This document shows, piece by piece, positions 59,700 to 64,000 of a DNA stretch of 64,000 nt. The stretch covers positions 1 through 64,000 of the forward strand of contig CAUYUJ010000137.1 of assembly GCA_963575745.1 (NCBI GenBank), given 5' to 3'. The first letter of the stretch is position 1. Every line of letters begins with the position of its first letter. Position numbers and translations under genes: made by a program. The notes below the pieces were generated by a model. The model saw only the letters and a program-made list of their open reading frames with translations, ran no database searches and was not told where the DNA came from. Source of the DNA: Prorocentrum cordatum (lineage: Eukaryota).

Positions 59700-62600
59700 T
59701 GCGTCGGCGGCTAGGCGGAGTGACTGCGCTGGCGGAGTGAGCATGTGTTGGGCATGCAAATGCGAATTAGGCCGCAATGCACGTGGGGGGGAAGGGGGGG
59801 CCTGGAGCGGGCGGGGGGAAGGAGAAACCCGGGGGGCTCAGAGCAGGGCCAGGCCACGGCGGGGGGGGGGCGCCAGGGCGGCGGGTAAGCAGCGGACGCG
59901 AGACAACCGGGGGGGGCGGCAGCCCGAAGGCGGCGGAGCCAGGCGGCGGGGGTGGCAGGTCCAGCGCGAGCTGGAGACGGGCAGCGCAGCGGGGCGGCCG
60001 TGGTGCCGAGGTCAGAACGACCTCCAGGGGATCCCCAGGCAGGGGGCCCGGAGGCGCTGGGGAAGGAACTGGCCGGGCGGAGCGAAAGACAGCAAAGCCG
60101 GCAGGGGGCACCGAGATCCATGCGACCTGCGAGGCGCCCCGCGGGAGGCCGGCCGTCGGCCACCCAAAAGCGAGGAGCGGATGGGGGCCAGAGAGGGGGG
60201 AAGCAGGGGGGGTCCAAAGACCGACGACGCCGGTGCAAAGCTCGCCAGCCCGGCCTGAGAACCAGGCAAAAGGGCGCGGCGAGTGCGGAGGCCGAGGGAA
60301 GCCAGGCCTCCAGAAGGCAAGGGAGAGGCTAGGACGAACGGCGGTGGCGCCGCGGAACCACGGGGCGGCGGGGGAAGGAGGCCACAGGCGAGAGCCCGTC
60401 CTAAAACCTGCAGACGGCCGGCGGCCCGTCCTGCCGAGGCAAGGATACAGCGGCGAAGCAGGGGCCTGCGCCCGGGCCTGCGCCGGGGCCTGCGCTGGGG
60501 CCTGCGAAGGGGCGGCAGCCGCGTGGCGGACGGCAGGGAAAGGGGCGCGCGGGAGCCGGAGGCGAGCGGCAAAACCAGCTTGCCAGGGGCGGCCAACGCG
60601 ACGCCAGCAGGGCGGGGGCCAGAGCCAAGCCCAGCGACAGCGGTTGGGGCCGCCACGGGGGACTGGGAGGCACGTGAGGCTTCGCCAGGTCTGTTGTTCG
60701 TCAGTCACATCCATCTTGGAGCGTATCAACTCCTCGATTTGTTCGCATGCCGCTGGGCCGGCGAGAGCCATGGTGGCTCTAGTGCTGTCGGCTTCTCGAT
60801 TCCCCACAAGTGGTCTCCGCGTGATGACCAGCTCCGCCCCCACCTCTCTGACTGCACCCATAAGGAGGGTGACTGGGAAGGGGGGGCCCTCTCCGCCGTT
60901 TCTCATCGTCTGGGGGAAATCTGGCCAGCAACAGGGCCCACCTTGCATGGGTGATCAAGGAGATCTCGCCCATTCTCTCCTGCCTGGTTTTGGGGGGCTG
61001 GTATTCTGTGACCCTCGTCCTGCGTCCTTGCCGTGCCTCTCTGTGTTCCTGCTGTGCTGTCCTCGCCCGAGGGACTGTTCACCGTGCCTTCCTCGTCGAC
61101 TTCCATGCTGGGTTCTGGGCTTGTGGGGGTCTCTGTGGCACCGCGTGCTCATGGATCCCCCACATGCCCTGAACAGTGACGTACGTGTCGGGACGTCTGA
61201 TGGTTACCAGGGCTGTCCGCAAACAATCCAGATCTGGGGCCAGGGCGCGCATGGCGTCTGAGAGCTCGCGACGCCTGCGGGGGGAAGCAGGGGGGCGAGG
61301 AGCCCGTCTCTTAACTGCAGGCTTCCAGGGTGGTCGCTGGCAGTGGGGTATCCAGGGAGGCTGGCCGCGATGCTGCCTCTATCGTTGGCCCTGCAGTGGG
61401 CGTCGTATTGGCATGGTGTGTCCTCCTTCCCTGAGCAGCTGCGGCTGGCTTGGTCCCCATTGCTCTGGGCAGTGCCTGTGAAACCTGTGCCCACAGGGAA
61501 TCAGCACCTCAACTGCACCACTCAGGTCCCCACTGCAGATGGAGCAGAGCTGCGGTCCATCCCCACCGCCCCAGGTTTGCACGGGCTCGGGCGTCGCCGC
61601 CCCCCTCATCATTTGCTCGGCGTCGCCGGGAAGTTCCGCAACGTTCGCGATGGAGCCTCCGAGGAGGCGGGTCGTCGAGGAGGCCTCTTCCTCTTCGTGA
61701 CAAGCCCTGAGGCCGGCGCTTCGGAGGAGTAGACGAACCTGCTCGTTTTCGGAAGGGGTATATAGGATGGGGCTTCGCGCGCCCCCCTCGCGCAGGATGC
61801 CCCCAATGTCGTTGGGGCCGTGGATGCCAGCAAGTTGCGCCCATCTGGTGAGGACTTCGCATGGTCTGGCGTCAATGCCTCAAACGCGAAGGGTCGTAGA
61901 AGCGGGAAGCAGCGGGGCGCGAGACATAGCCAAATGGCTCTCCGCAAGAGCTGCGGTTCGAGCTGCGGCTGCCTTTCCCTCAGCAAGACTTCTGCGCGCG
62001 TCGGTTCCACTGATGCAGCTTCGGTCGATGCTGTTAGATTGCCTCGACCTGCCGTTGGCTTCTTCGTCTCTTCGTGTAGCATCCAGGGCTCGAATTACTG
62101 CTTCCAGGGTGTCGCCCCTGTACCCTGACGGGGCAAGGGGCCTTGCTGGGCTGCCAGACCCCTCGCCTACTATCTGCCGGATATCGATATGCCAGGGCGT
62201 TGCGGTGTTGCGGGTGCTGTTGTCTGCCTCCGGTGTCGCGCGGGGCCTCCCACGGAGGTTTCCATGCCCGCCGATCTCCCGCGTGGTTCTCCTAGTCGTC
62301 CGGGCTCTTTCTCCGTTTTCTGCGGCTCTTCTGTCTCCAATTAGTATGCCCTCCTGTAGCTGGCCCATAGGATCCAGCCAGCCCATCACCCACTCCTGTA
62401 GCTCTGGGTGGATGTATCCCCCCGGCAGGGGGGCATCCACCTTCCTTTCTGTCAGCTGGGAAATGGTTTGAGCGTTCCTGGCGAGTTGGGCGCGGGCGCC
62501 CTGGCAGGAGACTATCCCTTGTGTGCGCCAACGTGTGGCTGCGTGCTCGATTATACGGGGTGCTATCTCCGCGGCCCTGAAGACCTCTCGCAGCACGTCT

Positions 62601-64000
62601 CCCCCTCTTTCTGTGGAAGATTCCCAAATAAAGGGGACAAGAATTCTGCCCCATGCCATGTTGCTCGGGGCGCTGTCAGTGGCGACGAGGGTTCGTATCT
62701 CTAGGATATCCTGCAGGAGCTTGATGGCGCTGTTTCTGCCTTCCGGCGAGAGCCGTGAACGTTGGTTGCTCGATGGTCCGATTGTCTGGGCCCCCCAAGT
62801 GACATTGGTATGCCTGCGAGCTGCCTGGGGTACTGGCACCCCCCTCTCGTGGGGTCGGATTCGAAGCGCCAGCGCTAACCTCATCGCCGCTCCGTGCGGG
62901 CTGTTCGGCGAGGTGGTCCGCAATGGGGCCCCCTTCTCGCCCCGCATTGGCGACGATGGCTGCACGCGCTACTTCAACGGCAGCTGCGTCCGCGCCGGGT
63001 GCGCTGGGTGGACGTTCCTCCGTCGGGATCTGTGCCGCGCCCAGGGCCTGCTCAAGAAAACTACCTCGTATTTCAGCCCGAAGCCAGTCGGCATCGCCCG
63101 CAGAGATGGTCCTAAGACTCCCCAGGACTCTCGCCCTTAGGTCATCCACGTCGATGTCGCCCGCCACGGGCTCTAGGGCGCGGCTTCGCACCGCGAAGTT
63201 CCCCGCGCGCGCTAGGCATCCAGGGGCCCAGCCCCGGAGCTGTCGGTTCACCGAAGTTTCGAGAGTGCGATCCCGGATCTGCGCGGAAGCTTCTAGTGCC
63301 CAGCTGCGGGGGGGAGCACCGCAAAGTCTGGCTAGTGCACCAACCGCGGCTCTGAGGGCTGGTTCGTCGCCCAGTTCCGCGTTGGCGCTATCGACCGACC
63401 CGCGCCAGAAGTCAATGGGGTTGTCTGCCATGTGGCGCCATGCGGCAAGCAACTCGGCGACGAGCCAGGAAGGTGTGAAGCTGGTCGTCTCTGGTTGTAG
63501 GTGTGACGGGCATATGCGGCTTGCGATGGGCGCGCACCTGGCTCACACCCTTGCCAATTGGAACGACAGCTGAGGTCCAAGGGCATCGAGGGGGTGTCCC
63601 GGGACCACAGAAGTGTCAGGATAAATTCCGTCCACTGCGAGACACCAGGGCGTGGCTAACCTGTGGCACACGATGCGCATGGGTCCACTGGGGTCCCGCA
63701 TGAGCCACGATCCACAGCATCCGCGCCTCGTGGTGGGGTGAAAGAAGTCCCCAAACATTAACTCGTGAGAAGTGGTGTTCAAGGGCCAGGGCTCACATGG
63801 TTCCTCACTACCCTGCACCCCCACCCCGGGCACGCCCGGTGTGTGGACGTACACCCCAGGAATGCCTGGCTTAGCCCAGCCACTGGGTCCTGTGCCGCAC
63901 TGTCCTTCCGACAGGACGTCGGCGCCTGAGCTGATCCAATCTCCTCTGTCTCTGGCCCATCTTCTTACCTCGCTGTAGTCAGGGAAGCGGACCCTGTTCT
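59700..64000 (-). pseudogene. Frameshifted chain of minus-strand ORFs, possibly the 3' part of a non-LTR element, containing a RING-H2-like motif
   Basis: RRWARDRGDW at 63930-63965 resembles the post-RT AxDRxxW motif; CSIC..CGHRFHRHC..W at 61457-61546; no RT inside the window. Confidence 0.45.

Noticed and set aside
59777..61261. 494-aa plus-strand ORF
   Set aside because: Gly/Arg-rich antisense shadow with no motifs; the recognisable motifs here are on the minus strand

Overview
GC-rich, repeat-dominated eukaryotic DNA, very probably from a dinoflagellate: two relics of the 22-nt dinoflagellate spliced leader (SL) are present. Two 100-N assembly gaps lie at 28943-29042 and 53166-53265. Most of the window is mobile DNA: a near-intact APE-RT-RNase H LINE (<1-8975), three degenerate or truncated non-LTR elements, a possible fifth at the right edge, a Copia scrap, several MITEs, two copies of a Helitron2-like non-autonomous element, satellites and microsatellites. 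Two host-type genes are intronless and SL-marked, so they look like retrogenes: an alpha/beta hydrolase and a plastid-targeted two-S1-domain protein. Most notable: (1) an 8-kb segment bounded by 50-bp inverted repeats that carries divergently arranged WWE, GIY-YIG-like nuclease and dual-specificity phosphatase ORFs, has a polarised GGGGCTA motif and shows no visible transposase; (2) five copies of a bulged GGC-UUCA-GCC hairpin with covarying lower stems spread along the intact LINE; (3) a retrogene with SL relic, poly(A) relic and candidate TSD; (4) a TSD-less insertion whose empty site is also in the window. All domain calls are by-eye motif recognition; no searches were run.
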